A DNA stretch of 64,000 nucleotides from Candidatus Latescibacterota bacterium (GCA_965221775.1 CBDCSU010000005.1:928001-992000), one strand, 5' to 3'. Numbered from the stretch's first letter, positions 27,383 through 36,537 are shown. The notes: a model not told the origin generated them from the letters alone. Made by a program: numbers and translations.

Positions 27383-28312
27383 GTGCGCGCCGGGCTCACC
27401 GCCAGCCCCAAGCGGCTCCCCTGCCTCTATTTCTACGACGAGCGGGGATCGCGGCTCTTCGAGCGCATCTGCGAGCTGCCGGAGTACTACCTGACGCGGG
27501 CGGAGCGGTCCATCCTCGAGGCCCGTGCCGACGAGCTGGGCGCCCTCCTCGCGGGGCCGGTGGACCTGGTCGACCTGGGTTCCGGCAACTCCGGCAAGAC
27601 CCGCCTCGTCGTCGAGGCCCTGCTGCGCCGCCAGGGGCGGCTGCGCTTCATCCCCGTCGACATCTCCAGCTCCATGCTGCGGGAGAGCTCCCTGGCCCTG
27701 GTGGAGACCTACGCCGGCCTGGAGGTCCTGGCCGTGGCCGGCGAGTACCAGGACGGCCTCGACTACCTCGAGGCCGAGGGAGGTCCGCCGCGGCTCGTCC
27801 TGTGGCTGGGCTCCAACGTGGGCAACTTCACCCCGCGGGAGGCGGTGGGATTCCTGCGGCGCCTGGGCGGCGCCATGCGGCCCGGGGACGCGCTGCTCAT
27901 CGGCATCGACCTGCGCAAGGACCCGGCGGCCCTGGTGGCCGCTTACGACGACGCAGCGGGGGTGACGGCGCAGTTCAACCTGAACCTGCTGGCCCGCATC
28001 AACCGCGAGCTGGGAGGCCGCTTCGACCTCGACGCCTTCGCCCACGAGGCGCGCTGGAACGAGGCCGGGGGCCGCATGGAGATGCACCTGCGTTCCCTGC
28101 GCGGCCAGAGCGTGGAGATCGCCGACATCGGCCTGCGGGTCTCCTTCGCCGAGGGCGAGACGATCCACACCGAGAGCTCCTGCAAGTACTCCCTCGAAGG
28201 GATCGAGGAACTGGCGGCGGCTTCCGGCTTCGCCATCGAGAGGCAGTGGCTCGACGGCGGCAGCCGGTTCAGCCTCAGTCTGATGACCCGCGGCGGCGCA
28301 TCGGGCACCTGA
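27383..28312 (+). CDS. egtD: L-histidine N-alpha-methyltransferase (hercynine synthase); true start probably further upstream
   Basis: PKRLP..YFYDERGS.LF..ICELPEYYLTRAE, DLGSG, GSNVGN, AYDD..GVTAQFN, IHTE.S.KY. Confidence 0.93.
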   Translation: MRAGLTASPKRLPCLYFYDERGSRLFERICELPEYYLTRAERSILEARADELGALLAGPVDLVDLGSGNSGKTRLVVEALLRRQGRLRFIPVDISSSMLRESSLALVETYAGLEVLAVAGEYQDGLDYLEAEGGPPRLVLWLGSNVGNFTPREAVGFLRRLGGAMRPGDALLIGIDLRKDPAALVAAYDDAAGVTAQFNLNLLARINRELGGRFDLDAFAHEARWNEAGGRMEMHLRSLRGQSVEIADIGLRVSFAEGETIHTESSCKYSLEGIEELAAASGFAIERQWLDGGSRFSLSLMTRGGASGT

Positions 28313-28334
28313 GCGCGCTTCGGGGAGGGCGTCC

Positions 28335-29831
28335 TCAGTCGGCCACGGCCAGGGAGGCCCCCGAGGCCAGCCGCAGCCGCCGCCGCACCACCTGCGAGAT
28401 CGAGTCGATCCCCATGTTGAGCAGGGCCGTGAAGCCGATGAGGACCACCGCCTGGTCGAGCTTGTCCTCGGCGATGGCGCTGTCGATGAAGAACCCGAGG
28501 GTTGTGACCCCCAGGATCCCGAGGATCGCCGACTCCCGCATCATCACCTCCCAGCGGTAGAACAGGAAGGCCAGGAACTGCCCGTAGACCCGGGGCAGGA
28601 CCTCCCAGGCGTAGCGGTCGAGGGCGCGGCGCGGCGCGTCGAGCCTCAGGCGCATCACGTTCGCCGAGCCGGCGCCGAGGTAGGAGAGGATGGCGCCGTT
28701 GTGCAGCAGGATCGCCACCAGGGCGGGGAGCATCGACGGCCCCCACAGCTGCAGGAAGACGTAGGCGAGGAGGTACTCCGGCGTCGTGCGCCCGACGATC
28801 AGGCCGAAGTGCACCAGCCGCCGCACCGGGGCCGGGCTCACGTGGCGGCAGGCCACGCCGAGGAAGACGACGGCGAAGAGGCCGGTGGCCGCCAGCGCCG
28901 CCTGGGTGAGCAGGACCGTGTTCCACACCCCCGGCAGGGCCTGGTGGCGCACCAGCACGTCGAACCAGGACCACACCTGTTCGACGGGAAAGGCGATGTC
29001 GAGGCTGCCGTCCTGGAACCCCTCCCGGCGCATCGGCCAGGGCAGGATCTCCCAGGTCAGGAAGCGCTTCACGTTGACCCAGGAGAGGTGCACCTCGGGC
29101 GACACGGCCCACGCCGACAGGGCCGCGTAGAGGACCACCAGCCGCGGCCGGACCCAGTATCTCAGAGACGCGATGAGGAGGTAGAAGACGTAGAGCAAGG
29201 CCGCCGCCTCGCCGTAGAGGCCCTCCCGGAAGGCGGTCTCCAGGTGGAAGCCGAGGGTGGGCAGGCCGATGAAGCCGAGGACGGCGCTGGAGCGCAGGGC
29301 GCACTCCAGGCGGTAGGAGGTATAGGCCTTCAGGTTGGGCCAGATGGTGGGCAGGATCCCGTAGCAGAACCGGCTCACCGGACTCGAGCCCGGCGGCAGG
29401 GCCTGCATGGGGCGCCGGTCGGCCTCCTGCAGGATCTCGGCGTAGACCTTGGCGAAGACCCCGGCGTAGGGGATGGCGATGGCGAGCACGCCACAGACCG
29501 GGTTGAGCCCCACCATGGGCAGGAACAGGAAGGCCCAGAAGATCTCGTGGACGGCGCGCACGGCGGCGCAGCCGAGGCGCACCACCCGGTGCTCGAAGAC
29601 GAAGGCGAGCCCCGAACCGAGGAGCACGGCCAGGGAGAGGCCGCAGAAGGCGAAGGTGACGGTGTTGAGCAGGGCCTGGCCCATGGCCGGCAGGGCCCGC
29701 AGGTCGGGCCGCGCGAACCCCGAGAGCAGGCGCCCCAGCTCGCCCCAGGGGTCGAGGGTGACGATCTCGATGTCGGCCAGCGCCAGGCAGGCGAGGCCCA
29801 CCGCCAGGAACCACAGGCTCGCCTTCAGCAC
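28335..29831 (-). CDS. ABC transporter permease, two fused PhnE/PtxC-like halves
   Basis: Two repeats: YRLECALRSSAVLGFIGLPTLG and YRWEVMMRESAILGILGVTTLG; many TM segments. Confidence 0.88.
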   Translation of the reverse strand: MLKASLWFLAVGLACLALADIEIVTLDPWGELGRLLSGFARPDLRALPAMGQALLNTVTFAFCGLSLAVLLGSGLAFVFEHRVVRLGCAAVRAVHEIFWAFLFLPMVGLNPVCGVLAIAIPYAGVFAKVYAEILQEADRRPMQALPPGSSPVSRFCYGILPTIWPNLKAYTSYRLECALRSSAVLGFIGLPTLGFHLETAFREGLYGEAAALLYVFYLLIASLRYWVRPRLVVLYAALSAWAVSPEVHLSWVNVKRFLTWEILPWPMRREGFQDGSLDIAFPVEQVWSWFDVLVRHQALPGVWNTVLLTQAALAATGLFAVVFLGVACRHVSPAPVRRLVHFGLIVGRTTPEYLLAYVFLQLWGPSMLPALVAILLHNGAILSYLGAGSANVMRLRLDAPRRALDRYAWEVLPRVYGQFLAFLFYRWEVMMRESAILGILGVTTLGFFIDSAIAEDKLDQAVVLIGFTALLNMGIDSISQVVRRRLRLASGASLAVAD

Positions 29832-29841
29832 GGCGGACGGC

Positions 29842-30567
29842 TCAGGTCGATGGTTCGGCGCCCGCTTCGCCGCGGTACAGGGCCTCCAGCCGCGCCGCTC
29901 CGACGTCGGCGGAGCCCAGGTCGAAGGCGACCCGCCCCTCGCGCAGTCCCACGGCCCGGTCGAAGTGCCGCAGCGCCAGGTCGACGTCGTGCATGGCCAC
30001 CACCGCCGTCTCGCAGCCGGCCTTGAGCAGCTCGAGGACGTCGCCGGCCTGGTGGGGATCGACCGCCGAGACCGGCTCGTCGGCGAGGACGACGGCGCCC
30101 CCCTGGTAGAGGGCGCGGCCCACGGCGACCCGCTGCTGCTGGCCGCCGGAGAGCTGGCTCACCGCCTCGAAGAGCTTGTCCTCCAGGCCGAGGTCGCGGA
30201 AGAGGGGGCGCAGCTCCTCCACCACCCGCCGCCGGGGCCGCGCCAGGTCCACGAGATTGGCCAGGGTCGAGTTGCGGTCCAGCCGGCCCGCGTAGACGTT
30301 GTGGAACGCCGACAGCTGCGGCACCAGGGCGTAGTCCTGGTGCACGCAGGCGCAGTCGGCCGGCCGGCGGGCCTGGAGCAGCCGCAGCAGCGTCGTCTTG
30401 CCGGCGCCGCTGGGTCCTATGACGACCACCTTCTCGCCGCGGTCTACCCGCAGGTCGACGCCGCGCAGGGCCTCGGTGGCCCCGGCGCGGACGTGCTCGT
30501 CCCGCAGGTCGAAGAGCTCTCCGGCCGCCGGAGGGCCCTGGGCGGCCGCGGCGGGCATGGAGGCCAA
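29842..30567 (-). CDS. ABC transporter ATP-binding protein (PhnC-like)
   Basis: GPSGAGKTT, LSGGQQQRV, LADEPVS, H-loop. Confidence 0.92.
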   Translation of the reverse strand: MASMPAAAAQGPPAAGELFDLRDEHVRAGATEALRGVDLRVDRGEKVVVIGPSGAGKTTLLRLLQARRPADCACVHQDYALVPQLSAFHNVYAGRLDRNSTLANLVDLARPRRRVVEELRPLFRDLGLEDKLFEAVSQLSGGQQQRVAVGRALYQGGAVVLADEPVSAVDPHQAGDVLELLKAGCETAVVAMHDVDLALRHFDRAVGLREGRVAFDLGSADVGAARLEALYRGEAGAEPST

Positions 30568-31476
30568 TCAGTCCTCGAGGATGCCGATGGTCCTGCCGGT
30601 CTCGAGGATCGGCGCGTACATGGAGTTGTCGGCGGCGATGAAGGCCGCGCGCGGGAAGGAGTCGAGCAGGTCCCGGTCCTCCATGCCGAGCAGGGCCTGG
30701 CGGACGCGGTCGGTGAAGCCTTCCCCGTAGCGGGCGTCCACGTCGCCGCGGATCGACCAGTTGTAGTCGGGGTAGGTCGGCGTGCGCCAGATGACGCGCA
30801 CCTTGCTGGTGTCGACGATCCCGGCGGCGATCTCCTTCTCCCAGACCTTGTAGTTCAGAGCGCCCGCCTGGTAGGCCCCGGACTGCACCAGGGCCAGGGT
30901 CTTGGAGTGGTCGCCGCTGAAGCCGACGCGCTCGAAGACCTCGGCCGGGGGCTTGCCGAAGTGCCGGCGGATGAAGTACTCCGGCATCAGCCGGCCCGAG
31001 GTCGATCCCTTGGAGCCGAAGGTGAAGGTCTTGCCCGAGATGCCGGCGGGGAAGGCCGCCTCGGCATCCTCGCCGCTGCAGGTGCAGGCCTTCTTCTCCC
31101 GCAGGCCGGTGCTGGCGTGGGCGATGAAGTAGGTGACGAACTCCACGTCTTCCTCGCCCTGGGCGATCGCCTGCGAGCCGGGCACGCCGCGGCGCGCCTG
31201 CACGCCGGAGAGGCCTCCGAACCAGGCCAGCTGGACCTCGCCGTTCTTGAAGGCCGAGACCGAGGCGGCGTAGGACTTGACCGGCACGTACTCCACGGAG
31301 ACGCCGAGCGTCGAGCCCAGGTACACGGCGACCTTGTCGAATCGCTCCTTGAGTCTCGCCGTGTCCTGGTCGGGGATCGCGGTGAAGCGGAAGAGACTCT
31401 CGGCGGCGCCCGCCGGGATCGCGAGGGAAAGCAGGGTCAGGGAAAGCACGGTGAGGGACGGAATCGAGCGTATCAT
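30568..31476 (-). CDS. PhnD-like substrate-binding protein of the putative selenate/selenium ABC transporter family
   Basis: Signal peptide; FTAIPDQD, AWFGGLSGVQAR, FGSKGSTSGRLMP, FSGDHSKT, TPTYPDYNW; directly downstream of selD; GAGGAG RBS. Confidence 0.85.
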   Translation of the reverse strand: MIRSIPSLTVLSLTLLSLAIPAGAAESLFRFTAIPDQDTARLKERFDKVAVYLGSTLGVSVEYVPVKSYAASVSAFKNGEVQLAWFGGLSGVQARRGVPGSQAIAQGEEDVEFVTYFIAHASTGLREKKACTCSGEDAEAAFPAGISGKTFTFGSKGSTSGRLMPEYFIRRHFGKPPAEVFERVGFSGDHSKTLALVQSGAYQAGALNYKVWEKEIAAGIVDTSKVRVIWRTPTYPDYNWSIRGDVDARYGEGFTDRVRQALLGMEDRDLLDSFPRAAFIAADNSMYAPILETGRTIGILED

Positions 31477-31570
31477 GCTTTGCTGCGCTCCTCTCTCAGT
31501 GGACGTGGATGATGGACGATGGACGAGGGTGCCGCCGCGGCGGCGCCCGGAGCGGGAAGATCCGGAGCCT

Positions 31571-32626
31571 TCAACTGAAGACCAGGTGCACCTCCCCCTC
31601 CTTGGGCCGGACCCGGCCGACGACCGCCGAGGCCGCGGCCCCGGCATCGACCAGGGCGCCGACGGCTTCGGGCGCCTGATCCGCCGGCAGGGCGGCCAGC
31701 AGTCCGCCGCTGGTCTGCGGATCGACGGCCAGGGCGCGCCACTCCTCCGGCAGCTCCGCGGCGAACCGGGTGGAGGCCTCGACGAGCTCGCGGTTGGCCC
31801 GGTTGACGCCGGTGGACACGCCCCGCCGGTACATGTCGAGGGCCTCGTCGTACACCGGCACGGCGCCGGCGTCGACATGCAGTGCCGCTCCCGAGCCGCT
31901 GGCCATCTCGAAGGCGTGGCCCGCCAGGCCGAAGCCGGTCACGTCGGTGGCGGCGTGGACCTCGAAGCCGGCCAGGACCTCGGCGGCGGCCCGGTTCAGC
32001 GTCGTCAGCGACTCGACGCAGGCCGCCAGGGCCCCGGCCGAGACCCAGCCCTTGAGGTTGCCGTTGAAGAGCACGCCGCTGCCGATCGGCTTGGTCAGCA
32101 CGAGGGCGTCTCCGGGGCGCGCGCCGACGTTGCGCCAGTAGCGCTCCGGGTGCACGAGCCCGGTGACGGAGAGGCCGAACTTGGGTTCCTCGTCATCCGT
32201 GGTATGCCCCCCGGCGAGCACGGCGCCGGCTTCCAGGACCTTCTCGCGGGCGCCGGCGACGATGCCGGCCAGCACCTCGGGGCCGAGGACATCCCCCGGG
32301 AAGCCCAGCAGGTTCAGCGCCGCCAGGGGGCGGCCGCCCATGGCGTAGACGTCGCTCAGGGAGTTGGCCGCGGCGATCCGGCCGAAGAGCACGGGATCGT
32401 CGACCGGCGGCGTGATGATGTCCGCCGTGAGCACGAGGGCGCGTTCGTCGTCGAGGCGGTACACGGCCGCGTCGTCACTCGTCTCGAAGCCGACGAGGAG
32501 GTCCGGATCGACCTGCTCCGGGAGCCCTTCCAGCAGCCTGGCGAGTCCGACCGGACTCACTTTCGCCGCTCAGCCGCAGGTCCGGGCCAGGCTCGTGAGT
32601 GTCTTGTCCTTGTCGGTCAGCGCCAT
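31571..32626 (-). CDS. selD: Selenophosphate synthetase SelD (SenC), selenocysteine-containing
   Basis: ATG 32626 with GAGGA RBS gives MALTDKDKTLTSLARTCG-UGA-AAKVSP, then DDAAV, AANSLSDVYAMGG, GGHT, TDVTGFGL.GH, DPQTSGGLL. The ORF track starts after the UGA (32570-32572). Confidence 0.93.
32541..32560 (-). promoter_or_regulatory. Bacterial SECIS-like hairpin in selD mRNA
   Basis: Minus strand GU-GAGUCC-GGUC-GGACUC-GC. The 6-bp core stem starts 11 nt after the UGA and the apical loop begins with G. Confidence 0.8.
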
Positions 32627-32697
32627 TGCGTCCTCAGGTCCGTTGGTGAAGCGCCGGAACCTACTGATCCCCCGCGGGGGAGGCAAAGCGGTTCCGC

Positions 32698-32727
32698 CGC
32701 GAGGCCTGTCTTCGCGAGGCCTATCTT
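32698..32727. repeat. 15-nt tandem direct repeat in the divergent selD/senA intergenic region
   Basis: CGCGAGGCCTGTCTT followed by CGCGAGGCCTATCTT (one mismatch). Confidence 0.7.
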
Positions 32728-32757
32728 ATTGAGACAACGCAAGCCGAAAGGGAGACC

Positions 32758-34074
32758 ATGCCCGAACACCGAATCCTCGACGTCGTCACCCGCCAAGAGC
32801 TGGCCCGCTGGGTCCGGGACGCCCGGCAGCGCACCCTGGAGCTGGTCTCGGACCTCACCGACGAGCAGCTCCTCGGCCCGCAGCTGGCCATCGTCAACCC
32901 TGGGGTCTGGGAGATCGGCCACCATGCCTGGTTCCAGTCCCGGTGGGTGTTGCGCCACGCCGGCGGCCAGCCCCCCGTGCGCGACGACGAGGACGACCTC
33001 TACGACTCGATCGCCATCGCCCACGACCGGCGCTGGGACCTGCCGCTGCCGTCGCGGGACGGGACCCTGGCCTACGTGCAAGAGGTTCTCGACCGCACCG
33101 AGAGACTGCTGCTGGCCGACCCGCCCGACGACGGCGTGATCTTCCACGCCCTCTACTCCGTGCTGCACGAGGACATGCACACCGAGGCCCTCACGTACAC
33201 CCGGCAGACCCACGGCTGGCCGGCGCCCCCGTTGGGCGTGCCCCGCTCCGACGAGGGCATCGGCGGCGGCGGCCTGGAGGGAGATGTCGAGATCCCGGGC
33301 GGCCCCTGCCGCCTCGGCTCCGAGCGCGGCGAGCCCTTCGTCTTCGACAACGAGAAGTGGGCCCATCCCGTGGAGCTGACGGCCTTCCGCATCGACCGCG
33401 CCGCCGTCTCCCAGGGGCGGTTCGCCGAGTTCGTCGACGACGGCGGCTACGCCGACGAGCGCCTGTGGAGCGAGCAGGGCCGGGCCTGGCTCGCCGAGAC
33501 GGGGGCCGGGCACCCCTGCTACTGGCGCCGGGGGGACGGCGGCTGGGAGCGCCGCCACTTCGACGGCTGGCAACCCCTCGAGCCGCACCGCCCGGTGATC
33601 CACGTCAACTGGTTCGAGGCCGACGCCTGGTGCCGCTGGGCCGGCCGCCGGCTGCCCACCGAGGCGGAGTGGGAGGCCGCCGCCGTGGCCGAGCCCGCTG
33701 CCGGCGGCGGGCTTTCGGGGAGCCGCCGCCCCTATCCCTGGGGCGGCGCGCCGCCCTCCCCGGAGAGGGCCAACCTCGACTGGAGGGCCATGGGCACGGT
33801 CGACGTGGGCGGCCTGCCGGAGGGCGACAGCCCCTGGGGCTGCCGCCAGATGATCGGCAACGTCTGGGAGTGGACGAGCACCGTCTTCGGCCCCTTCCCC
33901 GGCTTCGAGCCGGACCCCTACAAGGAGTACTCCGAGCCCTGCTTCGACACCCGCAGGGTCATGCGCGGCGGCTGCTGGACCACCCGGTCGCGCCTGATCC
34001 GCACGGGGTACCGCAACTTCCAGACCCCCGACCGGCGCGACGTCCTCACCGGCTTTCGCACCTGCGCCGCGTGA
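32758..34074 (+). CDS. senA: Selenoneine synthase SenA (EgtB-like non-heme iron enzyme, DinB plus FGE domains)
   Basis: WEIGH, HEDMH iron ligands, LYDSI.IAH..RW, FDNEKWAH, RLPTEAEWE, GNVWEW, YRNF...RRD...GFR; flanked by selD and senB. Confidence 0.88.
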   Translation: MPEHRILDVVTRQELARWVRDARQRTLELVSDLTDEQLLGPQLAIVNPGVWEIGHHAWFQSRWVLRHAGGQPPVRDDEDDLYDSIAIAHDRRWDLPLPSRDGTLAYVQEVLDRTERLLLADPPDDGVIFHALYSVLHEDMHTEALTYTRQTHGWPAPPLGVPRSDEGIGGGGLEGDVEIPGGPCRLGSERGEPFVFDNEKWAHPVELTAFRIDRAAVSQGRFAEFVDDGGYADERLWSEQGRAWLAETGAGHPCYWRRGDGGWERRHFDGWQPLEPHRPVIHVNWFEADAWCRWAGRRLPTEAEWEAAAVAEPAAGGGLSGSRRPYPWGGAPPSPERANLDWRAMGTVDVGGLPEGDSPWGCRQMIGNVWEWTSTVFGPFPGFEPDPYKEYSEPCFDTRRVMRGGCWTTRSRLIRTGYRNFQTPDRRDVLTGFRTCAA

Positions 34075-34084
34075 GTCCCGGGCC

Positions 34085-35074
34085 TTGCGAGTCCTGATCG
34101 TCACCCCGGCGCCCCCCGGGTCGCGCTCCGGCAACCGGGTGACGGCCCTGCGTTGGGCCCGCCTCCTGCGCGGCCTCGGGCACGAGACGCTCATCGCCAC
34201 CGCCTTCGCGCGGCAGCGCTGCGACCTGATGGTCGCCCTCCACGCCCGCCGCAGCCGCGACTCCATCCTGCGCTTCCGCCAGCGGCGGCCCGAGGGGCCG
34301 CTGGTCCTGGCCCTGACCGGCACCGATCTCTACGGCGACATCCGCACCGACGCCGGGGCCCGCGACAGCCTCGAGCGCGCCGACCGGCTGATCGTGCTGC
34401 AGGAGGCCGGCGCGGCGGAGCTTCCCGAGCGGCTGCGGGCGCGGGCGCGGGTCATCGTGCAGTCCCTGCCGGTTCCGCGGCGGGCCTCCCGGCCGGTGCA
34501 GGGCGCCTTCCGGGTCTGCGTCCTCGGTCATCTGCGGCCGGTGAAGGACCCGCTGAGGACGGCGGCGGCCTCGCGGCGGCTGCCGCCTGCGTCGAGGATC
34601 CGCGTCGTCCAGGCCGGCGGCGCCCTGGAGGAGGACCTGGCCGTCCGCGCCCGGCGCGAGGAGGACCGCAACGAGCGCTATCGCTGGCTGGGAGAGCTGC
34701 CCCGCTGGCAGGCCCTGCGGCTGCTGGGGCGCAGCCACCTGCTGGCCCTGACCTCGCGCATGGAGGGCGGGGCCAACGTCGTCTGCGAGGCCCTGGCCCT
34801 GGGGGTGCCCGTGGTCTCCTCGGAGATCTCCGGCTCCATCGGCCTGCTGGGCCCCGGCTACCCCGGGTACTTCCCCGTGGGCGACACCGGGGCCCTGGCC
34901 GCCCTGCTGTCCCGCGCCGAGACCGACGCCGCCTTCTACGAGCGGCTGCGGCAGGCCTGCCGCGAGCGCGCCTCCCTCGTCGATCCCGAGCGGGAGAGCG
35001 AGGCCTGGAGCGACCTGCTGGCGGAGCTGAGCGGCGGGAACCGGGCCGCCGGGGGCGAGCCTTGCCGCCCCTGA
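34085..35074 (+). CDS. senB: Selenosugar synthase SenB (GT-B glycosyltransferase)
   Basis: IVTPA...SGNRVTALRW, ALHARRS, LTGTDLY.D, GHLRPVKDP, SRMEGGANV..EA; follows senA. Confidence 0.88.
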   Translation: MRVLIVTPAPPGSRSGNRVTALRWARLLRGLGHETLIATAFARQRCDLMVALHARRSRDSILRFRQRRPEGPLVLALTGTDLYGDIRTDAGARDSLERADRLIVLQEAGAAELPERLRARARVIVQSLPVPRRASRPVQGAFRVCVLGHLRPVKDPLRTAAASRRLPPASRIRVVQAGGALEEDLAVRARREEDRNERYRWLGELPRWQALRLLGRSHLLALTSRMEGGANVVCEALALGVPVVSSEISGSIGLLGPGYPGYFPVGDTGALAALLSRAETDAAFYERLRQACRERASLVDPERESEAWSDLLAELSGGNRAAGGEPCRP

Positions 35075-35121
35075 CAGCCGCCGTTATACTGCCGCGCACA
35101 CCGGAGAGAAGTCCTGACGCC

Positions 35122-36153
35122 ATGGACTCCCATCTCGGCACCGACCCGCAGCTCCCGGTCTCGCCTGCGCCCATCCTGAACGCCTCGGCCCGGCCCGCCT
35201 CCCCGGCGGCCGGCTCGCCTTCCGTCGTCGTCGGCGAGGACGAAGGCCGCCAAGTCCGAATGGCCTATTCGGAGCACGGGGATCCCGGCGCATCCCTGCA
35301 CCTGGTCCTCCTCCACGGCCTCTTCGATCACAAGGGCACCTGGTCCGCTCTGGCACCCCGCCTGGCCGAGGCGGGGTACCATGTCATCGCCCCCGACCTC
35401 GTCGGCTTCGGCCGCAGCAGCAAGCCCGAGTTCCGCTCCTGGCCCGCCTCCCGGCGATACGGCGCCGAGGCCCAGGTCGGATTCGTCCGCGCCTTCGTCG
35501 AGGGCCTCGGCCTCGACGACGTGGTCCTTGCGGGGAACTCCTTCGGCGGCGGGGTCTTCCTGCGCAGCCTGTGCACCCCGTGGCCCGGCGGACCCCGGGT
35601 GCGGGGCCTGGTACTGGAGAGCGCCTCGGGCTACCCCCAGGCCCGGCCCCCCTACATCCGGCTGCTGGGCGACCTGCCCGGACGGCTGCTGCTCAACCGG
35701 CGGGTCCTCGGCATCGGTCTGGGCACCGGCCTGGCGCGGGTCGTAGTGCGATCGACTTTCCGGCGCGTCTTCCACGACCCCGGCAAGATCCCGGAAGAGC
35801 TGGTGGACGAGGCCGTCGACATCCTGCGGGGGCCGAACACGGTGTACGCCTACCAGGCGGCGGCGCGCAACCTGGTTCCCGGCGACATCGCCCGCTTCAC
35901 CGACGCCTACCGGGAGATCGACGTGCCCACCCTCGTCCTGTGGGGTGCCGAGGACCGCATCGTGCCCGCCCGGTTCGCGGCCCTCTTCGAAGCCGAGTTG
36001 CCCGACGCCGAGCTGCACGTCTTCGACGAGTGCGGCCACGCGCCCCATCTCGAGTACCCGGACGAGACGGCCCGGCTCATCGGCGACTGGACCCGGCGCC
36101 GCCTCACGGAAGAACCGAATCGCGCCTTGCCCGCGGGACGGGACCGGCCATGA
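35122..36153 (+). CDS. Alpha/beta-fold hydrolase
   Basis: LLHGL, APDLVGFGRS, GNSFGG nucleophile elbow, WGAEDRIVP, CGHAPHLE. Confidence 0.88.
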   Translation: MDSHLGTDPQLPVSPAPILNASARPASPAAGSPSVVVGEDEGRQVRMAYSEHGDPGASLHLVLLHGLFDHKGTWSALAPRLAEAGYHVIAPDLVGFGRSSKPEFRSWPASRRYGAEAQVGFVRAFVEGLGLDDVVLAGNSFGGGVFLRSLCTPWPGGPRVRGLVLESASGYPQARPPYIRLLGDLPGRLLLNRRVLGIGLGTGLARVVVRSTFRRVFHDPGKIPEELVDEAVDILRGPNTVYAYQAAARNLVPGDIARFTDAYREIDVPTLVLWGAEDRIVPARFAALFEAELPDAELHVFDECGHAPHLEYPDETARLIGDWTRRRLTEEPNRALPAGRDRP

Positions 36154-36533
36154 CGGACGGGAACATCGGCGCCGACGGCGCCCGCTTCCGCCTCTTCTTC
36201 GGCGTCCTCTTCCTGGTCTTCGCCCTCGGCCTGATGGCCCTGCTCACCGTGACCGGCGTGCCCCTGGCCCTGCGCCTGGTGGTCTTCGTGCCGCTCTGGA
36301 TCGGCACTTTCACCATGGCCGAGTCCCGGTCCCGCGTCTGCGTCCTCAACGCCGCCCGCGGCGTCTGCTCCACCGAGTCCGGCACGCAGCGCATCGAGGA
36401 CGACGAGCGGCGGCTGGCGCTCGTGCGGCGCGCCTGGAGGGTGCCTCTCCACTCGGTGCTCTACGCGGTGGTCCTGACCGTCTTCCTGGTGGCTGTCTCG
36501 GCGTGGCTGCCCTGGAGGACCCCGGCCGGCTGA
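36150..36533 (+). CDS. Small membrane protein
   Basis: ATGA overlap with the hydrolase; three hydrophobic segments; C...A.RG.C loop. Confidence 0.7.
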   Translation: MTDGNIGADGARFRLFFGVLFLVFALGLMALLTVTGVPLALRLVVFVPLWIGTFTMAESRSRVCVLNAARGVCSTESGTQRIEDDERRLALVRRAWRVPLHSVLYAVVLTVFLVAVSAWLPWRTPAG

Positions 36534-36537
36534 AGGC

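Noticed and set aside
28335-31476. Phosphonate/phosphite uptake (phnCDE/ptxABC) assignment
   Set aside because: No C-P lyase or ptxD nearby; operon position behind selD favours the selenium-associated subfamily, although the substrate is unproven.
31499-31530. Short TGGA(C/T)G iterations between selD and the binding-protein gene
   Set aside because: Too short and irregular to separate from simple-sequence slippage; no supportable function.
31571-32626. selD as a pseudogene because of the internal stop
   Set aside because: The UGA falls exactly at the catalytic Cys/Sec position and is followed by a SECIS-like hairpin, so recoding is the better explanation.
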